Source of the DNA: Vermamoeba vermiformis
Taxonomy: Eukaryota
Length of the DNA: 64,000 bases
Direction of reading: 5' to 3'
NCBI GenBank assembly: GCA_045837725.1
Contig: JBEWZL010000179.1
Span: forward strand, 310,001 to 374,000
Made by a program: the position numbers and the translations under genes. The notes under the pieces were generated by a model. The model did not search any database and was not told the origin of the DNA. It saw nothing but the letters and a program-made list of their open reading frames with translations. Shown one piece after another: positions 12,701 to 25,881 of the stretch. Position 1 is the stretch's first letter. Every line of letters starts with the position of its first letter.

Positions 12701-15700
12701 CTGAAATAGCTTGATCCCAAAAGCGCGATCTAACGGCTGCTTGTACCTTAGATTCACCCAGAATGCCCAAGTCAGATTCGATGACGGAAGCCAAGGCCTT
12801 AAGTGCTCGCAATCTAAACTTGGTTTGCTGATCACCAAGAGCACCCAGCACGCAGCTCATTAGTCCATCAAAGCTGCTGAGCAGAGGTTTCATAAGAGCT
12901 AAATAGAGGATGATCTTCATTGTGCCATTCGGTGACAATCGAGGAGCGCTGTGTGGACGAAATTAGCTTGTGATGTGACAAATAGTCTCGCAGTAACTTA
13001 CGCGATAATTTCTTTCATCTTTTCGCTGTCAATTTCCCACTCGGCACGATAGTACTCGGTGTTGTTTTCGTCATCGTCCTCATAGTTCCATTGACTGAGA
13101 ACGAACTGTCTGGCATATTTGAATGAAGGCTCGAGCGTAGAATGGTAAGCCAAGTAATTGAGGACTAACTCTTTAGACACATTGCTTTTCAGTGCCTCGT
13201 CGGTCGATTCTTCTCCTGAAGCATCTTGATCGACGTCCATTGCTGCATCTTGATCGACGTTCATTCCATAATCCGTGGGTAGATCGATGTTGTTGTCATC
13301 TTCGTCCAGATCAATATTGGTTCGCTTCTTGGTTTTCTTCATCTTCGGGGACAACAGCAGTGGCTTCTTGACAGGAACAGTGCTAGTCGGTGCTTCACTC
13401 TCTGCGGTCTGTGAAGCAGCCTGCGAATCAGACTGAGTCTTCTCTAACTTGTGTCTGACTAAGCATTGATCGCACAGCCAATTTGGTGGTGGTGCACCAG
13501 CAGGGATGCCAATACACTCCCCGTGGAACCAACGATGACAATCATCGCAATCAATCATAAAGCGCTGTTCAACGTTAGATACTGCTTGAATGACTATTTG
13601 GAGTTTAACTTACGTTGCCGTAGCCCGTGCCACAGATACATGAAGAGTCCTCGTTCTCTTCAATAATTTCATCCGTGTCGAGCTGTCGCTTAGGCGGTGC
13701 TTGGAAAATGACACCTTCTTTAGCAATTCGAGCGTCTTGTCGGACACGAGAAGCAATCATGCCGAGCAATTGAATGCTAAGCAAGCGCAGCTCGTCGTTA
13801 CTGTTTGTATTGGGTGCCTTCTTATTCAGCAGTGCACCGATAAGTGATTTGCACAGCAATTGAAGAAGGACCTCGGCAGCAGGCCACTCTGGCATGTTCA
13901 ATGTAATCAACAAATCTTCGACCAGGTTTTGCAAAATTGGTCTGTAGTCGTTTTCTTTTGATTGCCTTGAATATGTGTCAGATATTTGTCGTTAACAAGA
14001 GGTTTGACTTACTTTGTGCAATTCTTAATGAAAGAGCCCAAGAATGTATTCGCACATTTGATAGCTGCTGTGTACGAGTTTGGCGAAGCTTTTTTTTCCT
14101 CCTCGTCGTCATTTTCTTCCTCTCTCTTCTTTGGCAAAGCAGTGCAGCACTGAATCAGTTGCATTACCAAAGCTGAAACCATTTGAATTGATTTCTTTTG
14201 ATCGTAGAGCTTGTAATTTCGCAGGTTGCGCTTTGTCTTTGGTAACTTAACCAAACTATTGAAGACATCTTCCAGGATATTGTTTCTGTGAGGCTCGTAA
14301 CGTGAAAATACTGATCGCACTACATTAAGTGAAGCGAGTTGAATGGAGTGAATGCCTTCAACGAAGAATGTCGGGAGAGTAATGCTGATGACTTCGAGAA
14401 TGATTGAGTCCGGCATTGCCTCGCGATTAATGAGCTCGTTCAACTTGTTCAAAATCTCGACCATTTTATGCACCATGGCCGTACTACATGTTATAACATT
14501 ATTAGCTAAGAAGACGAAAGAAGGGTCAGTACTTACGATTGTGCAAAGTTTTTAGCTCGGTGTGATTTCTTAGGCTTCTTCTTGTCTTCAGTCGAGAGTG
14601 CCTTCAATGCGGACACGGGCTTTTGTTCGCTTGGCTCGAGTGCTTCAGGATCGTCTTCGTCTTCCTTGATATCATCATCGACTTGCATCTCTTTTTCAAC
14701 CTCTTCAGGCTCTTCGTCTAAAGTAGGATCGAAAGCGGGGAAGATGTAATTCTTCAATTGAGAACGGCAGAGTGTCAGGCAGTCTTCGATAGCTTCTTCC
14801 ATCACAAGGGACTTGGGCAGCTCATCGGTCGTTATAATATTCAAAATGACGAGCGAGGCCTCCAATCCACTCATTACTGTCAAGACGCCTTTCTTGGAGA
14901 ACGCTTCTTCTTCGGACACGTTCTTCAAGTTAATTTGCTTTGCCTGCAGTACTTGCTTGTGCATAATGCTCAAAGTCGAGGCGAGATCAGGCTGCGAGAT
15001 TGTAATTAAAAGTTTTCGGTTCTTCAGCTTGACAACTTCGGAGCAAAGTTCGGAGAGGAGGATGTTGGACAGTGGTTCTTGGTTGTCTTCCTCGCCGGCC
15101 TCTGCTTCATGCTCGCTCTCTTCTCCTGACTCCTCTGCCTCTTCAGACTTGACCTTCTTTCTGAACGTAGGCTTTTTGACGACAATCTTTGTTCGTTCTT
15201 CCCACTTCTTGATGGCGTCAAGGAACCGATCGAACTTCTGCAAGGGATCGTATTGCTCGTCTGCTTTTGGTTCAGCTTTCTTCGTGCGTTTCTTTGCAGC
15301 AGGCTTAGAGGCATCCTCGTCTTTAGTAGCTGAATTATTCGTTAGTGAAAGCTCTAAAGAAGAGAACAATTATTACCTTCGTGCACATTTGCTTCTTGTG
15401 CATTGACTTTGTTTTCTTTACCAGCAAACTGTTGTTTAGGCGCAATAGGCACCAGTGCACCTCCGTTTGTTGCTGCGACAGAGTTTGTTACGAGAGGAAC
15501 GCGTGCTGTGTTTGCTTGTGGCACAGTTTGTGGTGCTACCGGTATCGGACGTGGTTGCGCTAAAAGATGTGTTATTTGAGTTAATATCACGATCGGATTT
15601 CTTACCTGCTTTATTAAAACCTTCAGGGTACTGTTGAAGGAGTTTTGTCAGCAAAGGAGATCCCGTCATTGGACTTCGTGGACCCATTGTTTCTAGAGGA

Positions 15701-16085
15701 TTCATTTGCCTGTAATATTAAATATAATGTTATTTGATCGCGTATTTGAGGATATTTCACGACGGCTATTGATTTCCAAGGCCATGTAAAAAGTCGAAAT
15801 ATTCTTAAAATTAATCAGTAATTTCCATTAAAGCTCAAATACTCTAATAATTATAATTACTTACAAATAATCGGTATTTGCGCCTCGTAATAATTGTCCA
15901 ATTTCGTTCACCAGCTGGTCAGTTGGATGAAGTAATGCATTCTTAGCGACTTCTCTAGAGTGCTCATCGGTCATTAAATATGTATTTAATGGTACTTTGA
16001 GGGAAGGAACTGGAAGCTCTTGAGAAATATCGCTTAGCTGGCTCAAATCTGACAACAAGTAGGGAACAACTGGGGTTTGGCTCAT
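9724..16085 (-). CDS. NIPBL: Cohesin loader NIPBL/Scc2/Mis4 (HEAT repeats) with internal PHD finger, many exons
   Basis: Motifs EDLLITLNMPEWPAAEVLL, RLRALKALASVIESD, DQAISVREAAVDLVGK, DTGVSVRKRVVKI, DEESIRNLV..TFKELWF, QLPFSLQEEPLYLIY and LKKFLKTFYSL. PHD finger CICG...CDDCHRWFHGECIG...WLCDQC. Confidence 0.93.
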
Positions 16086-16289
16086 TATGGTTGTTTTTGT
16101 GCTATAGCATATTAAATTGTATTTTTTGCGAATAAATATAACATAGAAACAACTGAGGCGTTGTTTCTAGCTCCAGATAAAGGACAAAAATATTTGAACG
16201 CAACCGCGGGAGTTTTACCAAAAGCCCGCGAAAAACAACAATTCGACCTCAAGCAGCAACAATCGATGAGCACCGAATATTTACATAGT

Positions 16290-19200
16290 TTATTTATCAC
16301 CCTCGGTTAAAGTAGATAAACCTCTTTTGTTGTACCGTTCAAGCAAAGCAACTAACAAAGGGTAGTCGATCGGCTTGTTCATGTACTCTGTACATCCAGC
16401 TTTGAGGCACTGGTTCTTGTGTGAAGACATCGTATCGGCCGTCAGCGCGATAATAGGCTTGGCTGACAACATTTGATCCTTCTCGAACTGTCGGATCAAG
16501 GTAGTGCACGTCAAGCCATCCATGATCGGCAAGTGAATGTCCATTAATACGACACTGTACTTGTAGTAATTGCTCATCACGAAGTCGAGCGCCTGTTTGC
16601 CATCAGTAGCCAAGTCTACCTTCCAATGATACTTCTCCAGCAGTCTGGTTGCGATTTTAGCATTGATTGGATTGTCCTCCACGAGGAGCAAGTGCAATCC
16701 AGTCTCCGTTGATGTATTTTGGGGCTTGTTCTCCACCATTTTCTGTCTTTTGCTCAAGTAGTCCTTAAGGAGCTTTTCTAGCACGGACTTCTTTACCGGT
16801 TTAATCAAGTAATCGTCCCTAACGTGCGGATTAGGGAGTGGATTCAATAAAAAAACAATAAAGACTTACATTCCGACTGACAGGCAATGAGATCGAGTGC
16901 CAGGACTATCTGTAGCGGTAAGTGCGATAATCGGCGTGTGTTTGAGGCCGTTTAGCTGCTCCCACTTGCGGATCTGGATAGTCGCTTCAAATCCCGACAA
17001 AACAGGCATAAGACAGTCCTGTAATCCTTTGTTAATATCAATGTACTTCTTTAGAAAGACCAGCAATCTTACCATGAGGATTAAATCGTAATTTCCTTTT
17101 TTGAACTCCTCAACGCACTCCTCGCCATTTTGAGTAATCTTGGTCGTGAATCCAACGTTCTGCACGATACGCTTAACGACCTCTTGGTTCAACAAGTTGT
17201 CTTCAGCAATCAAAATGTGCAGTTTTGAAGCGTCTCTTCCGTCAGCTGCCAAGAAGGCTTCACGAGCAGAAATTCTATCATCAGACGAAGCACTCAACGC
17301 GTGATCGCTGTCTGAGCTGCCGAGACGATCAGAGTGCGAGGGCGATGTCTCTCGGTTGGGGCCGAACTTGCGCAAAATAGTCAAGAGCTGCTTGCCTCGA
17401 ATTGGCTTCGTGAGGTATCCGTCGACGTGAGGCAATAGCAATGACTTGCGCTGTTCAGCCGAGACCATGACGATGATGTGCACTCCTTTGGTCCGCGGAT
17501 TCTCTTTGATCTTTCTCGCCAGATCAGTGCAAAACAATTGAACACCATTAGGGCCGGGCATCTATTGTGCGGTAAGTACTAGGCGCTTTGAACATACTAA
17601 CGTACCATATAATCAAGCAGTAACACATCTGGAAGTTGGCCCTCGTCTTCGAGCTGGAGGATCAACTTTTCTGCCTCATGAAAGGATGTGACTCCACGAA
17701 CACTACCATAATTAGATCGTTTAATATAACGATATCATACCGAGGAAGTATGACGTAATATCTCGTACCTAGATAACGTGAATCGTTGCATCATGCTTTG
17801 AATTGCGTTCACTACATTAATGTTGTCATCAACGCAAACAATTGACTTGTTTATGTAGTTTTCCTATAATCGAGAATTATTCCAGTCTTTGTCCTAATTA
17901 AGGCAAGGCAATAATAAATACCTGATGTGGCGAAGCGGCATCCGCCTCACGGAAGAGACCCGAGAAGGTAAAACTAGAGCCCTTGTTTGCTTCCGAGCTT
18001 ATCTTGAGCTTGCCGTTCTTAAATAGTCGCGCCAAACGGTCGCTAATGGCAACTCCCAAGCCACTTCCACTAAAAATAGGCGCCTGATTTAGAACTTGAC
18101 AAAACAAAATAAGTTTACGAAACCATACCAGCCATTTTCCCTCAAAGAGAAGAACGGGTTGCCCAATCCAGCTAGACTTGATTTGGGAATTCCTTTACCC
18201 GTATCTTTGACTTGAACGCTCAAAAATACTTCGCGATCTGCACCACGGATAGCTGAAACTTTGATTGCGACCTCGCCTTTGTGCGTGAATTTAATTGCAT
18301 TGTCAAGCAAGTGATTCAGTATCATTTCCAAGACATTTGCGTCCTGAATGACATAATTAGACAGCTAATAATAAATTTATGGATGTGAACGTACTCCGAG
18401 CAAAGATTCGGGAACATTTTCGTCAATGGTGTAATAGACATCAATATCAGACTTGCATTTCTTGTTGTCCAGCACTCGGTCCAGCAGTTTACCGATTTTG
18501 AATGAAGTAGCTATTTTAAGAACGTTAATAATTTTTCCGTCGCTTCAATCAAAACGTTACGTGGAACGGTTCGATAGGCTAACTTACATTCATCAATGAT
18601 AATTCTACCGGTATCTGCTCGAACAAAAGTGATTGTGTTGTTGATCAGCGCAATGAGCCCATCCACCGATTTTTCCAATGCAATCGCGTAATCTTGTTGC
18701 AGAGGGCTGAGCTTACTCTCGATAAGAAGCTCAATGTTTCCCATCTCTGCAAAAAAAAATTAAATCGGAGTTATCAGCGAGAGTGGCAATTCAAAATACC
18801 TCCGTTCAACAGTGTGCGCAGCTCTTGCGTCAGAGAAATCTAATGGACGAATTAGCTCTGTCTTAAGGTTAATACGTATTATCCCTTGACATACCAATAG
18901 CTCGTCTTTGGCCGTAAGCATCGCGCGTGCTTGTTGCAGTTCGGCTTGGTGATTCTTGATCTCGCTTGAACTCGAGCTCAAATTGCTTAATTTAAGCTTA
19001 GTTTCTTTCAACATGCTGGCAGATTTCTTCACTCGAGATTGCATCTTATCGTAAGCCTCTGCATGAGCTTTGAAAATCCCGGCGCTGTAGATCACGCTAC
19101 CAACGAACAGAGCAAGCCTTGTCATGGTCAAATAAACGCTGTGAGGCACTCTAGAAGAGAATAAGACCATAGACAAGTGCACCAACAACGTTGGTAATGC

Positions 19201-19972
19201 TGATAGCTTCATGGATTTGCTAATCGAGCTGTCCTTTTTCGTGTGATACGAAACCAAATAAATCCAGATCGAAACGCTGATTCCAAAAGCAAATCGTGCG
19301 ATACTGCGGTCTTCTAATAAAAGTGAAAATAATGTGCTGAATCCAGTGATATTTGTAGTGGCTAGTAACAACAGGACCAATACAAACGTGGAAGCTGCGA
19401 CCAAGAGCGGGATTAGTCTCGTGAGGGCTGTCATAATGCGGAGACTTTTGCATGATTGTTGATATCCCACTACTACTAATAGTAAACACAGAATAGGAAC
19501 CTATTTGAGTCACGGTTAAGTTTAAAGCGTCTAATCTAGAAGATTGGATCTCTTCCCACTTACTACATAAGTTATTATCGTTTGGTAAATGATTCCGCTA
19601 TCTCCATAAATAATATCCACTATTGAAGCGAAGTTTTGAATGGTGAGCCCAATTCTGAAGTATTTTTCAATTGGTCCTGTAGATTCTCTGATCGTTGGGA
19701 GAAATGCAATAATGCTCAACGCTGTAAATCCTATCGCTATCAAGAATTGTAATACATTTTCCACGAGGACATGAGTCCTAATCCGCTGATCAATTGTCAT
19801 AATCGAGAATAAAGGAACCACGACCAAAATAGCTACAGACATCCACAACACATCTTGCGCCAATAGCCGGCTAAATTTTGATATCAGCATTTGTTTTAAA
19901 AGACTGGGTATAACGTTACCTAATTGAACCCAGCAGTGTTGGCTTTATTGGCAAAGGATCTGTATTCGGCAT
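16290..19972 (-). CDS. Membrane-bound hybrid histidine kinase-like protein (multiple TM helices, HisKA-like, HATPase_c, three receiver domains)
   Basis: Hydrophobic N-terminal exons. H-box region LTQELRTLLNG, N-box LLDNAIKFT, G1 DTGKGI, G2 GSGLG. Receivers VCVDDN...LLLDYMMPG, IAEDN...ILMDCLMP and LVEDN...VLMDIHLP. Confidence 0.88.
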
Positions 19973-20260
19973 TATCGTGTTGTCTCCATTTATGATAAAA
20001 TAAATAATAGTGAGCAGTTGTCCACGCTAATGTTAAAAATAATGCATCATAAAAATAGCGCCTGAAATTTTTCCTGTTCGGCGTAAGAAATTGTATACCA
20101 ATTTGCGGCAGTATATTGGGAGATTGACCTGAGATTATGTGATCAAAATCATGATGACAGACAGCCAAATTAGATTCACATTGTTTATTTACAGCAACTG
20201 TACAATTCAAGCAAAAGCTTTCTTCGTGGTGAAAGAGAAATCGAAGGATCCGATAAAAAC

Positions 20261-21462
20261 CTAATCTGCCAAAACACCTTTTGTTTTGACGACTTGTTTG
20301 CCTCCTGGTTGAGCTACAGCTTGACCTTGGCCTAATTATGAATTCAGTTAGCAATACACAAATCTACTCGCAATTACGCCGCTTGTGTGGTTCAAACACG
20401 TGCTTGACACACGCGCACACGCACTTCGGTCGGAAAAGCCGAAATAAAAATTAACGTTCAATAAGCAATGGAAAATTACCTTGAGCAATCTCTGGCAACA
20501 AACTGGCCAGCTCTAAGTTGTTCTCATCGGCAACTGCACGGATCAGATCGTCGACTTGATCGATGGGAATCATAGTTGCGGTTGTCTATTCCGCGTTAGC
20601 CGTTAGTATTGTAAGGTCGTTGCAAACACGAAGTAAATTTCTGCTTCGATCGCTGGTAATTTGCCACGTCAAATTCGTGGCCAAATTTCGCGTTGTTGCA
20701 CGCAGTTCCACGAGCAAAAACTCAAGTGCACGGTAATTTACGGTCATATCAAAGCACTTACCTTGTCAATAGAGGCCTCTACGGTGGATGTAGCAACATC
20801 TAAGTCTTCAAACTTCTCTTCAAATTGGTTCATAACGCTCGAGATCTGCTCAATATTCATCGCTACAGAAAATAACAATAAGCATTGTTGAAATATCTAA
20901 TCGCGCCACTAACTTACTTTGCATTGATTTTTCCATTTCCTTAGTTACACGTTCCATCATCATGGTCATCTGTTTGTTTGCTTGCATTGACTCCAGCCGA
21001 GATCGAACGCTAGAATATTAATTGTTAAATTTCCATTATTTAATCCATCCACAACAACAACAGCTATTTACCCGTCGATTCTAGAAGACCTAAACAAAAC
21101 TTGTGTCAGATCAGTGATAATTATTCAAAATTTACTTACAATCTCAAGAAATTCAACGATTCATTATGTTTTCGAATGGCATCATTGGCATACACTCTAG
21201 CGATTTCCCCTTCATTATTAAAAATATTATTATTTAATTTTTCGCATTTTCGTGCGAGGTCATTCTGCATACCGTTGCCTTTCTTCAAGTACTCAGCAAC
21301 TTTCTTCTTTTTTAATTTTGATTCTTTTTCTGCCTTTTTTGAGGCACGTTCTTTTCGAGTTAATTAGTTAAAGGAACGGAAGTCCGATGGTTGCAAGTTT
21401 TTACCTAACTGCTTGGCAGTGAACTTCAACTGGAATATTTGCTCAAAATATGGACTAGTCAT
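20261..21462 (-). CDS. CHMP1: ESCRT-III subunit CHMP1/Did2/Vps46, multi-exon
   Basis: Spliced protein: [91 protein letters not shown]. The stop position is less certain. Confidence 0.88.
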
Positions 21463-21579
21463 GGTATCTAGCTGGTTTGTTGTTTGAAAAATGTCGTGGA
21501 GTGCCAACAGAGAAACTCGTCAAAAAACTTTGGTGGATCGCACAACAGCACCCAAGCACAAACAAGTACCACAAAGAAG

Positions 21580-23602
21580 ATGTCGCGCTCTTTAACAGTA
21601 GTCAAGAGGGTGTCGAATTTTCTTCATACCAAAGCAGAAACGAAGCAGCGTTCTCCACTGTTGCTCGGGATCGTTGGTGAGTTTATAAAAATTTTAATAT
21701 TAATTATAATTGTCAAAATAAATATAATAGGCGTCTGTACTAATATACAATTGCAGCAAATAAGAATTGTCGGCGGAACTCAAAGAGGACCCAATTATTT
21801 TATGCTACGCCGATCAGCCAGCAGTGCAGTGCTCGCCATCGATCAAGTTTAATAGCAGAGACTAAAATACCATTTAAGACATATGAGAATATTCCTGTAA
21901 GTGCTTCATAGAGTGTGCAACCCGATCGCGCGATTATTACATCATGCAATTTACATGAACGCTCTTTGAACTCCGAATAATACAATATTAATTTACCTTA
22001 TAGAAACAACAACAATTAAAAGTTTTGGAGTTGGAGGTTGATGAGCGGGGCGATCTTCCCGAAGGTTACTCTCAACGAGGTACGTAGAGATTGTATTGCA
22101 CTTTCATAATTTAAATATTTATTTATTAACAAATATACAGAGGTTTCAAAAATGGATCTGGCTGTCGAGCTAGGTGTCAGCTTGCGAGATCTGCGCTGTA
22201 TTACTGACACTTCTTCATCTCGGAGAATTGCTTCAATCTTGACTCGTCCGGGAGTTATTATTCTACACATTGAGGTACGTATTAGATCAATATGGCACTT
22301 TATTGTCACGTACTAATGTCTTCTTAGCCTGTGCAAGCCATCATTCAACACAACAGAATTTTATTATTCGGCATTGGCAAGGACCCGTTCTTGCAAAAAC
22401 TTAGTTTCAGACTGCCGTACAGAATCAATCGCTCCACAGCATCGAGTTTCGAATTCAAAGCACTCGAAGCAGTGCTCATTGAACTGGTAATTACCAACAC
22501 TTGACGCGCTGTTTTGCAGTGTAACTCAACGGTGACTTTAGGTCGAACAAATGGACGCCAAGGCACGTGACTTAGAACCTGAAATTGACGGCTTGTTGGA
22601 AGCACTGGTGAATTCAACACGACAAAAGACGGAAGATTTACTGCAAATCAAGAGAGCTACAGACAGGTCAGTTGAAACGACATCGATTGCCAAATAAGTC
22701 TAACCCACTCTAACAGATTAAACTCATTTGATGCTGAAGTACTCGAAGTCAGTGCGGCTATCAACGCTATTTTAGAAAACGACGAAGACATGGTCTCGAT
22801 GTATTTAACAAACGCATATCACAAGTACGTACAATGTGCTGCTAAAGTGTAACCGTGCCTAATCTCAATGTAGCGTTAAACAAGATGTGAAAGACCATCA
22901 AGAAGTCGAGACAATGTTAGAAATTTTCCACCAGCAAGTGACTGAAATAGACAACAGAATTTCACAAATTAAGAACAGAATTAAGACAACAGAAGATTAC
23001 GTTAAAACCAATTTTGACGTGTAAGTACTATCGCGCTTGATTCATTAACGGATACTAATGCGCTGGTTTTAGACAACGTAACAGGCTGATTAGAACGAAT
23101 TTGTTCGTTAGTCTTGCTTCGCTAGGTGTCGCTGTATCAGCTATGGGTATGTGCATCATTCATTCTACGAGTGCATCTCTAACACATCACAGGTGCGGGA
23201 GTATTCGGCATGAATCTCAGGCACGGTTTTGAGGAGACAGCACACACCTTCCCCATTGTCACTGCAACGATATTAGGTCTGGGACTTATCACCTCAGGCA
23301 CCACCTACTACCTGATGTTCCCTCGTGCGCAAAAGCAGAGTATTCTCGACAAGATTGACGACCGCAAGGCCAAGAACTGCCTGCCCGACAACACACTCGA
23401 GCAACTCGCCTTCGCTAGCACGGCCATGCCTCAAGCTGACATCCCGCTCGCGCAAGAAAGCTACAAAGATATTAACCGTACCCGTGCCCGCGAGTTGGAG
23501 CATGATATCAGTGTTGAGCAACAGATCGAGAAGTACCGCAAGTCCTATGCGAGCGAAGACATTGACAATGAAGGCTTGCCTGTGCACCATCAACGATCTT
23601 AA
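21580..23602 (+). CDS. MRS2: MRS2/CorA-family mitochondrial Mg2+ transporter, multi-exon
   Basis: Presequence-like N-terminus. Motifs LRDLR, FEFKALEAVL, LENDEDMVSMYLT, EVETMLE, LDxxRN-like FDxQRNRLI, and the GMN signature (GVFGMNL, about 23207-23215) between two TM helices. Confidence 0.9.
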
Positions 23603-23819
23603 AACAGGTACTAAATAAATTGTTAATAACAAGAGCCTTTGGCGTGAATAAGTGCTACGGAGGATTTTACGGAGCTTGCTGATCCAAAAATAGTAAACAC
23701 TAGCCGGTACAAAAAAAAATTTGACCTACTTTTCCTAATTATTATTTTATTCTTTTATAGCCAACATACATATTTGTATATTATATTATTTATTTGCTTG
23801 TAAATAGAACTGCATCCAG

Positions 23820-25881
23820 ATGAGCTCGAAAAAGAAAGATAAAAAGGAGAAAGAGAAGAAGGAGAAGGATAAAACCAAAATTAAGCTCAAGCATAAACCT
23901 TCAAAAAGCAAGCTGTTAATCGGCGGTTCCAAGCATAACAAGCCGGAAAGAGCCGCATCTGAAACAGGACCAATTGTTACTTTTGCTGCTGCTGTTATGC
24001 CGCCAAGGGCAAGGTCAACGTCCATTGGTGTTCAAAGGCTACGTAAATCCACCGATCCCGACTCAGGGGCAGAGCCACCCACGGTACAAATTTTATTTTC
24101 GGTCAGATTTGAAATTACTAATTAATTTAAAAATTTAGCCGGACACGTCTTCGATGAGCAATAGCGAAGGAAAAAGCCCAGATGTGTTAAGGAAAGCAGT
24201 CGCTGAATTAGCAGAGTTGGAAAATTTAATTGATGACTGCGAAATTGAATCCGATCCAGCTGGGCACAGCGCTGCTCATAAAGCCAAACCACGAATGTCT
24301 GAGGAAGATGACGACTTTATATTTGAATCAACACTAGACTTTGAAAAGAAGGTTGATTTTCTTAGTCAGCTTGCGGAAGACTTTGCAATGAATTTACCAG
24401 AGGACGTTGAACGCGCCTTTGAAGAGGTGATATCAGCACTGCAGACTAAGGACTCGGAGGCAATGTTGGGGTTGACTGAAGACAAGCTCGGCGACGACAT
24501 GGACGGTCTGGACTACGACAACTACATTGACAACATCATAAAGCACACGCAAGATATTGACTTGGGTGACGAAGACGACTTCAAATTTGACATGAAGATT
24601 GAAGGGCTTGACGAGTACCGTCAAAGTATGGCACAAAGTCAGCCTAATGACCTCGAGCTAGCGTTGATGGACGTCGACAAACACCTGCAACAAGACCCGG
24701 TAGTGGTGGTCGTGCACAGTCCCGCCGTAAAGCCACTGCCCAATCTGCCTCCTGATTCACCGACCGAGATTGATATTGACCAAGTCCAAGGCTCAGACTC
24801 GCCGTACAAGTCACCAAGAGCAGACAACGTGGATGCTGTCGCATCACCGCGTGTGTTGTCCCCGAAGAAGGTCACACCAACAGAACCAATGGATAAATCT
24901 TCATCGCCAGCACGCGTCATTACACCACGACAAGTGTCAAGTCCCAGACACAGCATTGAGGACTTGCCACCCATTGAAATTACAGCACCAAAGACTCCTC
25001 GTGAACCTGAGACTGGGGACGCTGTTGAAGGCAGTGACAAAACCACGACACCTAAAACCACTCCACGAGAGTCTCCCGAGGCCTCTGAACCTGTCAACAC
25101 GCCAACACCACGAAAAGTTAGCACTCCACGAGAGGCCGAGGGTGAAAACTCAGACCTTTCCACGCCAGCTGATACTGCACCTCAACAAGACTCCACAGAA
25201 CACGAAGTTACGCAAACAGCCTCACCTAGACATGACGATGTTGCTCCAATTAGCACGCCACAGAATACACCGAGAGAAGGCGTCCCTGTCAACACACCTC
25301 GTCTCGAAGTCGCTGAGCCAGTCAAAACACAAACACCACGACAAGTCAGCACTACTCCGCGTGAAGATCCTTCTACCACAGAACCTGAACAGCCAGCTCA
25401 AGAAGTACCAAACACAACAGACGAAGTATCGCAAGAGGATGATTCATCGTCGAGTGACAGCGACTCAAGTGACAGCAGTGACAGCGAGAGCAGTTCTGAA
25501 GAAGAATCGCAGCCTCAATCGCCAAAGCCAGACGAGACTAGGACTGCCTCCGGAAACATCAATATGCCTCCAATTCCCGTTCAAAACACTCAAACAGGTG
25601 ACGAAGACAGTGAGCCATTAGCCTCGAACAGAACCAGTGGCAAGAATTCTCGTCGAGGTTCAGCTTTGACGGCAGCAGACAAACAAAAGATTATCGCTGC
25701 CAGACGTGAGGCCACGCTCAAAATGGCACAACAACTGCGCGATGAATTGAAGGCAGGCACGGGTGACCCTGTCACCAAACGACAACGATTGGCACAGCTG
25801 TTGAACGAGTTTAAAGGTGTGCAAGTCAAAGGCCTCATCAGCATATTTGAGCAGAAGATGAAAGAAGTTGTCAAGAAATAA
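23820..25881 (+). CDS. Uncharacterised low-complexity protein (basic N-terminus, acidic block, S/T-P-R-rich region)
   Basis: Two exons joined by an intron at about 24083-24138. 575-aa open frame with coding-like codon use. No recognisable domain. Confidence 0.75.

Noticed and set aside
19920-20354. 144-aa ORF or a CHMP1-kinase read-through fusion
   Set aside because: It overlaps the CHMP1 last exon and the kinase first exon in other frames, is AT-rich and has no motif. Both genes have their own plausible stop and start.
24770-25621. 283-aa overlapping +1 frame ORF
   Set aside because: Best explained by the codon bias of the T/P-rich main frame. It has a non-ATG start and no recognisable features.
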